Positions 27,673-36,751 of a stretch of 64,000 nt of DNA are shown piece after piece. The translations under genes were made by a program, and so were the position numbers. Under the pieces are notes generated by a model. It was not told the DNA's origin. It saw only the letters and a list, made by a program, of their open reading frames with translations, and made no database searches. Source of the DNA: a virus; the IMG/VR virus record IMGVR_UViG_3300028844_006278; one strand, written 5' to 3'. Every line of letters begins with the position of its first letter. Position 1 is the stretch's first letter.

Positions 27673-30441
27673 CTAGCTGACTCTAAAAGTGATAGGCAAG
27701 TTGTTCAGAGGGTCCGGCATATCCGGATCGACTTCTACATCGACTGTATCGCGAAGAACAGCATTCCGTTCGAGCTTGGTGACTGTTGCGGCAAGCATCT
27801 GGGGTCCAAGCTTGTTGGAGTACGATCTGTTCGTAATAGAACTGATCGTAGCGCTCAGGCGGGACGACAACAGTTCCAGCATGGCCGGACTGATGTTGCC
27901 TTGTCCGAACAGGTCCGATGTAGCATCGAGGAAGTCCCGGCAGATGTGGTCGAGGTTAGTCGTCTTCGAGCTTTCCCTCTCGTTGAAGTTCGCATAATCG
28001 ATAACCGAAGTGACCTGATGCCGCGTAAAGATACGGCCGGAGAAGTCCTTCTGTACGATCCATACTCCACCGCCTGCGATGGTGTTGAGATCCGCTCTGC
28101 TAAACTTAACCGCTGGATCTGATAGAGCAGACGATACGTTGAGCTGGGACTGCGGAGCGTGAGGCGGGATGCCTGCGCGCTGGCCAGCGAGGCCTGCCGC
28201 AACGTAGAAGATCTCCGAGGCAGTGCCGTCGGACTCTACCGGATTATCGATGTACACCAGATTGATGCGTCGAGTGTCGAACTGCGCGGCACGAGCAGCA
28301 AGGGCTGCGGCGTACTCTGCGGCACTCTGATTGCGCCAGATCTCGATCTTCAGCGCGACTGCGACCGGGCTTCCGACATCTTCTACGAGGATGAGCTGAG
28401 ACTCGGAGTTAACCCGGTCTACCGTATACTCGTCGTAGGTCGTAACGCCTTCTGCATCTGTGCTGAAGTTGATGCGAAGCAGATCGCCTGGGCGAACATC
28501 GTTGGTCTCGAACAGAGCGCCTGTTGCGTTCACTTCCCGGTAGGTATTGACTGGGAACAGATCGACAGTAGCTTCGATGTCGTCCTCGCTGGCGAGTTCT
28601 GTATAGACGTCCGTAAGCTGCGATACGGTATTGGGGATCCAGCCGATGCGCCACTGATTGTTAACTTCCGAGCTGCGGTCTAGGACGTGCGTCTTAACTG
28701 CTTGATGGATGTCCGGATCGTTAGTGAGCGGGACGATGCTGTAGACCTCGTCGTTCTCGGTGAGTACGTCGAGCGCTTCGTTATACCCGGTCAGATCGTC
28801 GGAGCATACCGGGACGTAGTAGACGCCGATCTGCCCTTCCTGGATAGCATGCGATACTGCCTTGCTGAGAGGATTCCGGGGACTGACTGGTCCGAGGATA
28901 GTCTCTCTCTGCGAATCGGAGTCCGCAAAGCCTACCTGTCCGCAGATGTCCGTGCGGAGTTCACGGAAGTCTACGACAAGCGTGCCTCCGATAACACTAT
29001 ACAGAGCATCTGTGCCGAGGATGTCGGAGGTAACTTGCGCCGATCCGTCGATAGTAACTGTATCTTCAGTGAGGGTCGAGTATGTGGACGGGAAGTCTAC
29101 ATCGACCTTATCGAACAATTCCAGATCGATATCACCTGCGATTACGTGGTCTACCGGATCGCGGAGTACGAGCGTGCGGAACGCACCTTCCGAGGCAGCC
29201 GCCATAGAGAAGGAGAACACGCCTGCCGTATTGAACTGCGTACCCTTCTTGAAGATCAGTTCGACATTGTTATTGCCGATAGGATAGGACACGGATGTGT
29301 CTATAGCGAAGTCTGATGCCGGCACAGTAAGGGTGCCTGCGATGTCTGCTCCGTTACTGGTAATGAAGGACACGATGACATCGCCCGCTGTGGCCGAGGC
29401 CGGGTCCAGCGTTCCGCCCTGAGTGACGGTGATGATGTACTTAGTGTTGGTATCTCCAGAGTAGCTAGGCGTAGCAGTAACTTCCAGATCGGCGGTGTCT
29501 GCAACATCTACCTGCAGATATGCCTGGGAGATCTCTACCTGCCAGCTATCGTTAAGCGAGACAGAGCCTGCGCCGGAATCTTCGATCGTAAACGTAGCGC
29601 CGCGAGTGCCGAGCGCTGTGTCGTACTCCGAGCCGTTGTACACGACATCCGTACCGAGGATAATGTCGGTAGTGGTGTCTCCGCCTTGGGAGCTAATACG
29701 AAGAGTAGTGCCATCCAGGCCGCCCGTGCCGCCTGTCCCTACGTTGAGGACGCGGATCGTGTAGATATCGCGAGGCCAGCCATCTACCAGACCGCTATAC
29801 AGCGTCGCATCTGCTGCGAACGTGTACTTAGTGGGCACGGTAGTGGTGGGAACCACTGTGTTGGTGATCGAGAGACTGTCGTAGGCGAACCCATTGTCGC
29901 GATAAGGATCTGCGACAGGGACTACAGAGCCTGCGATCTCCTCTGCGACGAAGCCGGATACCTGAGTGATCAGTTCCTGCTGTGCTCCGCCGTCGAACGC
30001 GCTGGAGGCGCCTTCTGTCTCGGGGAACCAGCGGAGGCGAGCCCAGTCGCCGACCTGTACATCTCGGTCGCCGAAGACCGTAGAGCGATCTGTGTCGTTA
30101 CCGGTCTTAAAGACGAGGCTATCCGACGTGATCTTATTGCCCGCAGTCTCGGTGAGTTCCGCGTTAGAGCTATCGCCGTAATACTTAAGCAGCGTATCCT
30201 CCAATAGAACGGACGCGTCATCCAGGTCTACGACTCCGCCGGGGACGGTGTCGGGCCAGTTATATACGGTACTGGACTCGGTGTCCAAGTACTCCCCGAG
30301 CTCGGCTCGTTCGTCGTCTACATCTGAACGGTGCAAGGAATAGAGCGGACCAACGCATGCTGCGTACAGAGGAAGCGCCCCCTGAGCTTGGGCCTGCTCA
30401 AATTCCTGGAAGATTTGTCTTCTAGGCTCTAAGTATGCCAT
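27673..30441 (-). CDS. Contractile tail sheath protein (large, with inserted domains)
   Basis: GYNEALDVL...VYSIVPLT, WRIGWI, AAGLAGQRAG, DLNTIAGGGVWIV...TRHQVT, DPLNNLPITF. Confidence 0.88.
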   Translation of the reverse strand: MAYLEPRRQIFQEFEQAQAQGALPLYAACVGPLYSLHRSDVDDERAELGEYLDTESSTVYNWPDTVPGGVVDLDDASVLLEDTLLKYYGDSSNAELTETAGNKITSDSLVFKTGNDTDRSTVFGDRDVQVGDWARLRWFPETEGASSAFDGGAQQELITQVSGFVAEEIAGSVVPVADPYRDNGFAYDSLSITNTVVPTTTVPTKYTFAADATLYSGLVDGWPRDIYTIRVLNVGTGGTGGLDGTTLRISSQGGDTTTDIILGTDVVYNGSEYDTALGTRGATFTIEDSGAGSVSLNDSWQVEISQAYLQVDVADTADLEVTATPSYSGDTNTKYIITVTQGGTLDPASATAGDVIVSFITSNGADIAGTLTVPASDFAIDTSVSYPIGNNNVELIFKKGTQFNTAGVFSFSMAAASEGAFRTLVLRDPVDHVIAGDIDLELFDKVDVDFPSTYSTLTEDTVTIDGSAQVTSDILGTDALYSVIGGTLVVDFRELRTDICGQVGFADSDSQRETILGPVSPRNPLSKAVSHAIQEGQIGVYYVPVCSDDLTGYNEALDVLTENDEVYSIVPLTNDPDIHQAVKTHVLDRSSEVNNQWRIGWIPNTVSQLTDVYTELASEDDIEATVDLFPVNTYREVNATGALFETNDVRPGDLLRINFSTDAEGVTTYDEYTVDRVNSESQLILVEDVGSPVAVALKIEIWRNQSAAEYAAALAARAAQFDTRRINLVYIDNPVESDGTASEIFYVAAGLAGQRAGIPPHAPQSQLNVSSALSDPAVKFSRADLNTIAGGGVWIVQKDFSGRIFTRHQVTSVIDYANFNERESSKTTNLDHICRDFLDATSDLFGQGNISPAMLELLSSRLSATISSITNRSYSNKLGPQMLAATVTKLERNAVLRDTVDVEVDPDMPDPLNNLPITFRVS

Positions 30442-30462
30442 GTCTAAGTATCTCCTCTGATA

Positions 30463-31176
30463 TTAGTTGAAGGTTGTCTGGTGAATAGCTACTCGTTTAA
30501 CAATTGGCGATTCTGGAATCACCAACCAATTATACATATACGACCAATCGAGATTAACAACTGTGTAAAATGAAGTCTTCGATTCGTCGTTACGGGTTCT
30601 TAGTTCGCTTACGCTTTGTGTTAGTAAGCTCCCTAAGTGGAAATCTCTCTTTATTACCTGCTGAAAGTGGAGCATCCGGAAAAATACTTCTTGTCCGAGC
30701 AGCTCTGCCTCCGCCCCGGTTCCTCCTTTGCAGACAATGTTGTGGCCGCCTGTGATGGCCATATGGTGCCTCTCTCCCTCGCGCCATCCGTCGGACATAC
30801 CTATCGCAGATTGATTACGCAAGGCCACCGAGTTGGATCGAAAAGACTTACGTTTGATGAGCAGCGTAGGTAGCTGCTGCACCTCAGGCCCTAGAGAGCT
30901 CCATGAGGGTTTTATCAGGATTCGGCTAGGCTCGTAGTCGTACGACGATCCTTCTGCTGTCTCAGATATGTCGCAGCACTGCGTACTAGGCGTCCATAGA
31001 TATCCCTTAAGAAGAGGCTCTTCGATATTGTCTGCCGATGAGAAGTGGTACTGCAGCAGCCGTTGAAACACTCCCGATAGCATAAACGGATTAGGGCCCG
31101 CCGTAGCGAACGCACTCGGCTGTTCACACGCCTCTTGCGGGATACCCCAGCACGGTTCTGGAAAGGAGTTGGGCAT
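30463..31176 (-). CDS. Putative tail terminator/completion protein
   Basis: Directly before the sheath; PTLLIKR...AEAELLGQEV pattern. Confidence 0.6.
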   Translation of the reverse strand: MPNSFPEPCWGIPQEACEQPSAFATAGPNPFMLSGVFQRLLQYHFSSADNIEEPLLKGYLWTPSTQCCDISETAEGSSYDYEPSRILIKPSWSSLGPEVQQLPTLLIKRKSFRSNSVALRNQSAIGMSDGWREGERHHMAITGGHNIVCKGGTGAEAELLGQEVFFRMLHFQQVIKRDFHLGSLLTQSVSELRTRNDESKTSFYTVVNLDWSYMYNWLVIPESPIVKRVAIHQTTFN

Positions 31177-31177
31177 T

Positions 31178-31193
31178 TAGAATACGTATTCTA
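31178..31193. promoter_or_regulatory. Perfect palindrome TAGAATACGTATTCTA
   Basis: Symmetric variant of the 16-bp motif, spanning a stop codon and abutting the next ATG. Confidence 0.7.
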
Positions 31194-31604
31194 TTTCTTA
31201 TTTGATCGGGTAGACAGTTCTTGTGCGGCGACCGCTACTCCGGCCCCGGCTATAGTGGACAATAAATCTCGACCTATAGAGGGGTCTTTCTTTATCTTTC
31301 CCCATAGCGCAGACCCCAGTCCGCCTACGGCTGCCCCGCCTAGCGCGGCGGTTCCTGTATATCTTAGCTTTCGTGCCTGCTCCGCCTGTTCGCGGGTAGC
31401 GGCCCGTGTCTTCTCCAATGCCTTCAGCCCTTCTTGATGCTGCTTGGTCTGCAGATTGACGTCTCCTCGGCTTGCCAAGTGACTCCCTCCGACCCAGCCC
31501 GCGGTGTATAGCAGAAACTTGAGAACCGGAGCTATCGCCCACGCCTCTTTCTCTAGCATATAGCCTGTACGAGACCCGGCGCAGTATGAAGATGTCTTAT
31601 GCAT
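31191..31604 (-). CDS. Small Gly-zipper membrane protein (paralog 3 of 3)
   Basis: Start refined to ATG 31604 (MHKTSS); ALGGAAVGGLGSALWGKIKKDPSIGRDLL. Confidence 0.75.
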   Translation of the reverse strand: MHKTSSYCAGSRTGYMLEKEAWAIAPVLKFLLYTAGWVGGSHLASRGDVNLQTKQHQEGLKALEKTRAATREQAEQARKLRYTGTAALGGAAVGGLGSALWGKIKKDPSIGRDLLSTIAGAGVAVAAQELSTRSNKK

Positions 31605-32136
31605 TATTATTGTTCGCGCTGGCCGCATATCCTGCGCCGATCGCGCCTCCGCCTAGAGCAAAGATAAGATCTCTAGCTAGGTCGGGCTGTCCTGACATCT
31701 TTCCCCATGCCGCAGAACTAGCTCCAGCCAGGGCCGCGCCTCCTGCGCCGTACATCACAGGATCTTTCTCGTCGGGTTTAGCGGGAGTAGCTGCCGGGCT
31801 AGGTGCTGGCGTAGCTTCGGGCTTATCTTCGGGCTTATCTTCGGAGCTGTGGTTAGCTATCAACGCGCTGCCTCCAACTCCAGCTCCTCCCGCTAAACCC
31901 AAGGCAGCAAGTATCTTTACCGCCAATCCAACCTTATTTCTCGAGCTCCCAGTTGCCACGACTCGCCGCCTGAGGACACGGTCGCTGGCAGCGCCGCTCA
32001 ACGTGGGGGTCTGCATAGCCGGGACCCTCGTAGGTTGGGCGCGTGCCCCGCGAGCGTGCAGCTGGGCCGTGGCCAGGTTTAGCACCGGGGTAGTGGCGTT
32101 CTTGAAAAATATACTTAGATCGTTAGTGGGGTGCAT
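31597..32136 (-). CDS. Small Gly-zipper membrane protein (paralog 2 of 3)
   Basis: GAGGAALAGASSAAWGKMSGQPDLARDLI. Confidence 0.75.
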   Translation of the reverse strand: MHPTNDLSIFFKNATTPVLNLATAQLHARGARAQPTRVPAMQTPTLSGAASDRVLRRRVVATGSSRNKVGLAVKILAALGLAGGAGVGGSALIANHSSEDKPEDKPEATPAPSPAATPAKPDEKDPVMYGAGGAALAGASSAAWGKMSGQPDLARDLIFALGGGAIGAGYAASANNNNA

Positions 32137-32137
32137 T

Positions 32138-32617
32138 CTATGCGTTCTCCTGGTTAGACATCCCGACAGCTGCGCCTACAGCGGCTCCGGATAGTGTTGA
32201 AATTAGATCTCTCTGCAGATCGGGCTTGTCGGCTAACTTGCCGTATAGTACAGACACAAGGCCAGTGCCTAGGCCCCCGGTAGCGGCGTATGCGGCCGTA
32301 GAGGCGGCCTGATCCTCTGCCTCCTCTTTATCGGAGAAGTCTAGAGGTTCTTCCTCGGCCCTGTCTAAGGATGTGAAGTAGTTGTATCCCGCTCCCCCTG
32401 TGCCGAGCGCGCCGGTGCCGAGCACGCCGGTAGTAATGGCGATGCGTTTCGGGCTAAATGTCCACGTATTAGGGGCAGGTTGGGGCGGTTTTTGGACTAC
32501 TCTCCGTAGAATGTCAATGACGGGCTGTAAGTTCACCTTAGCGATCTTCTGGGACATGTCGGGTGAGGCGGATTTGGGGTATACGGACTGTAGTAGCTTC
32601 TCTGCTGGGGATAACAT
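32138..32617 (-). CDS. Small Gly-zipper membrane protein (paralog 1 of 3)
   Basis: ATGGLGTGLVSVLYGKLADKPDLQRDLI. Confidence 0.75.
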   Translation of the reverse strand: MLSPAEKLLQSVYPKSASPDMSQKIAKVNLQPVIDILRRVVQKPPQPAPNTWTFSPKRIAITTGVLGTGALGTGGAGYNYFTSLDRAEEEPLDFSDKEEAEDQAASTAAYAATGGLGTGLVSVLYGKLADKPDLQRDLISTLSGAAVGAAVGMSNQENA

Positions 32618-32639
32618 ATGATATGAGGGGGTTTGTGAG

Positions 32640-33530
32640 TTAAAATACTTCGTCGTATGCGATGCCCTGTCGCCATCCCAATGAAGGATCTATTTCTCCT
32701 TTTTGGACGTCCTCGTCTGACTGATCGAGTGGAATCGTATATGCTATGTCTGTTCGAGGGAGTAACCGGAAATCTGTAGGGTAATACACGAGCGGAACAA
32801 ATCTAACATACGTCGCGACCCGTATACCGCGAACCACAAATCTCTTATTAGAAGAGCCGTGGACCCATATGTCGTAGGTATCCAATCGAGGATAGGCTAT
32901 ACACCGGGCTTGGTAGCTCTGGTTATCCTCTAGGGAGAATCCCTCTTTTACATCTAACGTGCTCCCTCCCCCTGAGAGGTCGACCCAATAAGGTATGGCG
33001 TCGTAGTATCCCTTCTGCAGGCCTGTTCCGTAGCATGTGCCGCATACGGACGATACGGGCTCGTCTATGTCGTAATCTACACAGGATGTGCACTTCGCTC
33101 CGCACCATCTCCGCTTCAGCAGGTATCCTAGGCTACCTGCGGAGGTCTTAACCATTCGAAGATACTCTTTACGTACGATGTCCCGGGATAGGCGCTTATC
33201 TCGTAACGGGATGTCCCCTAGAGTGGCGGCCGGCTTAGATGCGTACTCCCTGTCTCCGTCGAATGCGATGACACGGTAGAAGATGTCGCTCTTGTAGCCG
33301 CATCGGCGCCTATCCTCGTCCAAGTACAGACAGGCGTTGCAGATTGCGAAGTCCTTGTTGATACGCTCCCATTCTCCGCCTGCTCTGCTCCACTCTACAT
33401 AAAACACAAGCGGGCGTGTTCCGGAGAACTCGAACATGGGGTTGAGCTCCCACTCTACGATAGTCTCGTCCGAAGGAGTGACGTACGCCTCTACTCTACT
33501 GAATGCGAATATCTTAGCGGGCTTAGACAT
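32640..33530 (-). CDS. Putative head closure/neck protein with Zn-finger
   Basis: GAKCTSC...VCGTCYGTG; lies between the adaptor and the tail terminator. Confidence 0.6.
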   Translation of the reverse strand: MSKPAKIFAFSRVEAYVTPSDETIVEWELNPMFEFSGTRPLVFYVEWSRAGGEWERINKDFAICNACLYLDEDRRRCGYKSDIFYRVIAFDGDREYASKPAATLGDIPLRDKRLSRDIVRKEYLRMVKTSAGSLGYLLKRRWCGAKCTSCVDYDIDEPVSSVCGTCYGTGLQKGYYDAIPYWVDLSGGGSTLDVKEGFSLEDNQSYQARCIAYPRLDTYDIWVHGSSNKRFVVRGIRVATYVRFVPLVYYPTDFRLLPRTDIAYTIPLDQSDEDVQKGEIDPSLGWRQGIAYDEVF

Positions 33531-33566
33531 ACCTTATTGTCTCGTATAGGAGATAGAACTATCTCT

Positions 33567-34475
33567 CTAGTAAGATAACCCTCTGTCTTGGATTAGCCCG
33601 TTGCCGAATGAAGCTATATCGGTACTGCCGAAGGCGTTGCCTACGTTTATGGAATACTTCTTCTGCTGTACCCACTCTCGGTACTCCTGGATGTACCGAT
33701 CTCCCAGGTTCGTGTAGAAGTTTGCCTTGTCCTTATCGTCCACACTGAGTCCGCCTGCGGAGTATCGTAGGCGGTTCCTTTCGTAATGCGGTCCGGCTAT
33801 GCGGAGGAGCTCTCCGATTACCCCTACCGTCCAGTTATATCGATAAGGGAAGTTCGCAGGTGTATAGCACGGCCGCAGAGGGGGAGGCTGTTCGTTCCAG
33901 TATTCGACCGGCCGGCGTATGGCCCATGCGATCTCTGTGTCGGAGAACTCTACGTTATCCAATAGGAAGTTGTCCTCTACGCACTTGTCTCGTATAGCTA
34001 GTCGGATCTCTGCTATAGTGAGCGGGCCGGAGCAGCTCGCCCAGTACGTATTGTTAGCCAGATTGGGGATTACCTCTACATAGCAAGGCAGGCGGTACCG
34101 CACATCCGTTGCGCAGAATCTGGTGGAGGTTGTATCCTCTACTGAAGATGAGCTGCCGCTTTCCGGATCCGGGATGAATAGGACAAGCTCACCTAGGAAT
34201 AGGCCTGCCCGTGTAAGAGAGGAGCACGGTATGGAGAAGGCCGCCGTGCCTTCCTCCGCGTCTACAATTCCCTCTACGTTCAGGTAGACCTGGTTTGACC
34301 CGAAGGCATCCTTAGCAACAAGGCACACCGAGTACTCCTCTAGAGGAATAGGCAGACCCTGCGCGTCCCGGATGGTGACTGTGTATTCGCTTAGAGCGTC
34401 CTGGGTGAGGGATAGGACTGGCCACTCGTTGGGGCAGGATTCTCTATCCCCTAGGCAGATGTCGGCAAAAGGCAT
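33567..34475 (-). CDS. Putative head-tail adaptor (neck) protein
   Basis: Ig-like N-half; EIRLAIRD...NFLLDNVEFSD...RNRLRYSAGGLSV. Confidence 0.65.
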   Translation of the reverse strand: MPFADICLGDRESCPNEWPVLSLTQDALSEYTVTIRDAQGLPIPLEEYSVCLVAKDAFGSNQVYLNVEGIVDAEEGTAAFSIPCSSLTRAGLFLGELVLFIPDPESGSSSSVEDTTSTRFCATDVRYRLPCYVEVIPNLANNTYWASCSGPLTIAEIRLAIRDKCVEDNFLLDNVEFSDTEIAWAIRRPVEYWNEQPPPLRPCYTPANFPYRYNWTVGVIGELLRIAGPHYERNRLRYSAGGLSVDDKDKANFYTNLGDRYIQEYREWVQQKKYSINVGNAFGSTDIASFGNGLIQDRGLSY

Positions 34476-34479
34476 GTCT

Positions 34480-35403
34480 CTACGGAGTCCTCAATTTAGT
34501 CTTTATTCTCTTTACGAGCTGTTCTGTGGCCTTACTCTGCAGTTGACCGGCTCGTCCTTTCTCGCCCTCAGGTCCGTATACCTTGGATCTAAGGTCTTCG
34601 GGCATCTCAGCCTTGGCGTACTCGCCGGTCTCTACGACCTCCTGTAACCCCCGCTTGTGGCGTATATAATCCACGATATGATAGATCATGACTGCCAGTA
34701 CGATTAGCGCGCCTATGCTGCCGACTATCCCGAATAGCCACATGTATTTAGTCACAGCCATAACTGCCATGGCGACTGATATGAGCACGATACCCGCTAT
34801 CGCGCCTCCGATAGCTTTAGGATTGCCGGTAAAGAAGAGCGTTACGCATATGGCAATGATGATCGATCCGGCCAGTACCATATACAGCATCGCTTTCCGT
34901 AGAGCTGCGTTGCGATCGGACTGCGCCTGCTCTAGCTGATCCTGCAGCGCCGCCTTCTCTTCCTCTCCCGCAGCGATGCGGTCCTCTAGAGAAACGGCCC
35001 TGTCTGTGAGTGTCTGGACATTTAAGGCCAGTCCCTGGAGAGATACGGCCAGTTTGGACACGTCTATCCCGGCAGCCCGGATAGTCTCCGCCTCTCCTAG
35101 AATGTTATCCGCCTCTGCCTTAATCGCTGTAAGGTGTTCCGTCAGATCCTTCTTAGCGGACGCAGGCGCCTTTATCCCGACCGTCTCGGCATGGGACTTA
35201 ACAGAGTGGGCGGATGTTGTAATCTTAGAGGCAGAGCTGTCGATCCCTTGGCCGGCAGTACTGGCTATTCCGGCCGCCTTACCTAGAGCGGGACCTGGGG
35301 ACGGCGGCGTGGAACTCGAGGACGGCTCTATGTGCTCGCACGCGGCTGCTACGAGGAAGATGCCTAAAATGGCGGGGAACGGGCTAACTTTGTCGAGGCT
35401 CAT
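34480..35403 (-). CDS. Lipoprotein with coiled coil and three C-terminal TM helices; candidate unimolecular spanin-like protein
   Basis: Start refined to ATG 35403: MSLDKVSPFPAILGIFLVAAA-C signal and lipobox-like site, heptad region, three hydrophobic segments. Confidence 0.6.
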   Translation of the reverse strand: MSLDKVSPFPAILGIFLVAAACEHIEPSSSSTPPSPGPALGKAAGIASTAGQGIDSSASKITTSAHSVKSHAETVGIKAPASAKKDLTEHLTAIKAEADNILGEAETIRAAGIDVSKLAVSLQGLALNVQTLTDRAVSLEDRIAAGEEEKAALQDQLEQAQSDRNAALRKAMLYMVLAGSIIIAICVTLFFTGNPKAIGGAIAGIVLISVAMAVMAVTKYMWLFGIVGSIGALIVLAVMIYHIVDYIRHKRGLQEVVETGEYAKAEMPEDLRSKVYGPEGEKGRAGQLQSKATEQLVKRIKTKLRTP

Positions 35404-35983
35404 CTTTTGTCGGGCTCCTAGGATCTGAGGGTGATAGTATCGGGGTGAAACAGGGTAGGTGGAATAAATCGTCCGGACGTACCCTATCATTACAAGAAAT
35501 ATCTACTGGGATTATAGTGCCGTAGCTGCGGAGTATGAGCTCCGTGCAGTATAGGACGTCCTCTGATTTAGCAGAGAAGAGTATATCGTACGGCATGCCT
35601 AGCTTATCTATGGCGAATGCGGCTGCCTTGTACTTAGTCTGCTGGGAGGCCTTTGGCCTGAGTATACAGGCGTGGTCTGTTCGTAGGAACTGGAGGATAT
35701 CTTCTTCGATTACTCCTTTACCCCCTATGGCATGTACTACCTTTGTCTTAGACACAGCTAGCCCTACGTGGCTGTAGTAGCCTGGAATTAGGAGCGAGGT
35801 TAGATACCGATCGTATCGACGGAGTACGACATCTCCTGGCTCAATCGTATCGGAGAATACTCGAAGCATTCTACCGCTAAGCTTATACGACGTAGAGGAG
35901 AAGGAGAGAAAGGGAGGAGCAGGCCATATCTGTATGTTGCCCAAGAACGAGACTATCTGCCTCTTAAATTTGCTCAACGACAT
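35384..35983 (-). CDS. Permuted papain-like NlpC/P60 (YiiX/YebB-like) amidase
   Basis: EPGDVVL...YSHVGL...VVHA...GMPYD...LYCTELI (His before Cys). Confidence 0.88.
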   Translation of the reverse strand: MSLSKFKRQIVSFLGNIQIWPAPPFLSFSSTSYKLSGRMLRVFSDTIEPGDVVLRRYDRYLTSLLIPGYYSHVGLAVSKTKVVHAIGGKGVIEEDILQFLRTDHACILRPKASQQTKYKAAAFAIDKLGMPYDILFSAKSEDVLYCTELILRSYGTIIPVDISCNDRVRPDDLFHLPCFTPILSPSDPRSPTKDEPRQS

Positions 35984-36013
35984 GGCCTCTCCTCTCTAAG
36001 TTGGTCCTACCCT

Positions 36014-36640
36014 CTATTCGGCTTTCTTCGCAGCGGGGGCTTTCTTCGCAGCTGGGGCTTTCTTTGCAGCCGTGGTGGTAGGCTTTTTGCGTGTCCGCTT
36101 TGGAGCAGTAGTTACCTCTGTGGCGGGAGTCTCTAGCTTGGCCTTCGGCTCCTTAGAAGGGGTAATGTCCGCAGCTTCTTTGTGGGTAAGGGTGGTATCG
36201 GTCTCGAACATCTTCTGTGTGACCGGGGGACCGTTGGGGACATCTACATCGTGTCCGGGGAGCGTGACCTTGCGGGGAAGGAAGTCCTCCGCAGTGCCTG
36301 TGCCGAAACGAGTATCTGTGTTAGTAGCGCCTGACGTAACATCTACATCTGTGGCGGAGGACTCGGTAGTTGCCGGAGCCTTCTTTGGCTTGGCGGCCGC
36401 GCTCGAGGGCTTAGCGACCGGGAGATCCGTGATAAGGGTGACCTCTACAGCGCCTCGCTTGATGTCTTCGATGCAGAGCGGCTTATACCGCTTGTGCGTC
36501 ACCTCTGACGGATATGCCCCGTCGACCTCGATCTCTTCGCCGGACTTAAGTGACCGACCGTGCTTTCCAATCCAGTATAAGAACCGATCGTGAGAGAGGT
36601 TGTTCTTAATGCGGGTACGTAGTACGAAATTCTTACTCAT
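36014..36640 (-). CDS. Hypothetical protein with histone H1-like PAAKK tail
   Basis: C-terminus AAKKAPAAKKAPAAKKAE. Confidence 0.7.
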   Translation of the reverse strand: MSKNFVLRTRIKNNLSHDRFLYWIGKHGRSLKSGEEIEVDGAYPSEVTHKRYKPLCIEDIKRGAVEVTLITDLPVAKPSSAAAKPKKAPATTESSATDVDVTSGATNTDTRFGTGTAEDFLPRKVTLPGHDVDVPNGPPVTQKMFETDTTLTHKEAADITPSKEPKAKLETPATEVTTAPKRTRKKPTTTAAKKAPAAKKAPAAKKAE

Positions 36641-36676
36641 GATAGTTAGCCTCCAAAGCTGTTGGTATGAGATATG

Positions 36677-36716
36677 AACAAAGAAGGGGGCTGAGGATAA
36701 TCTCCCCAGCCCCCTT
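36677..36716 (-). terminator. Intrinsic terminator after the major capsid gene
   Basis: Minus strand AAGGGGGCTGGGGA-GATTA-TCCTCAGCCCCCTT (14-bp stem, one G-U) followed by CTTTGTT. Confidence 0.8.
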
Positions 36717-36751
36717 AATTGACCGGGGTTGCACCGATAGGTTAGGTGATG

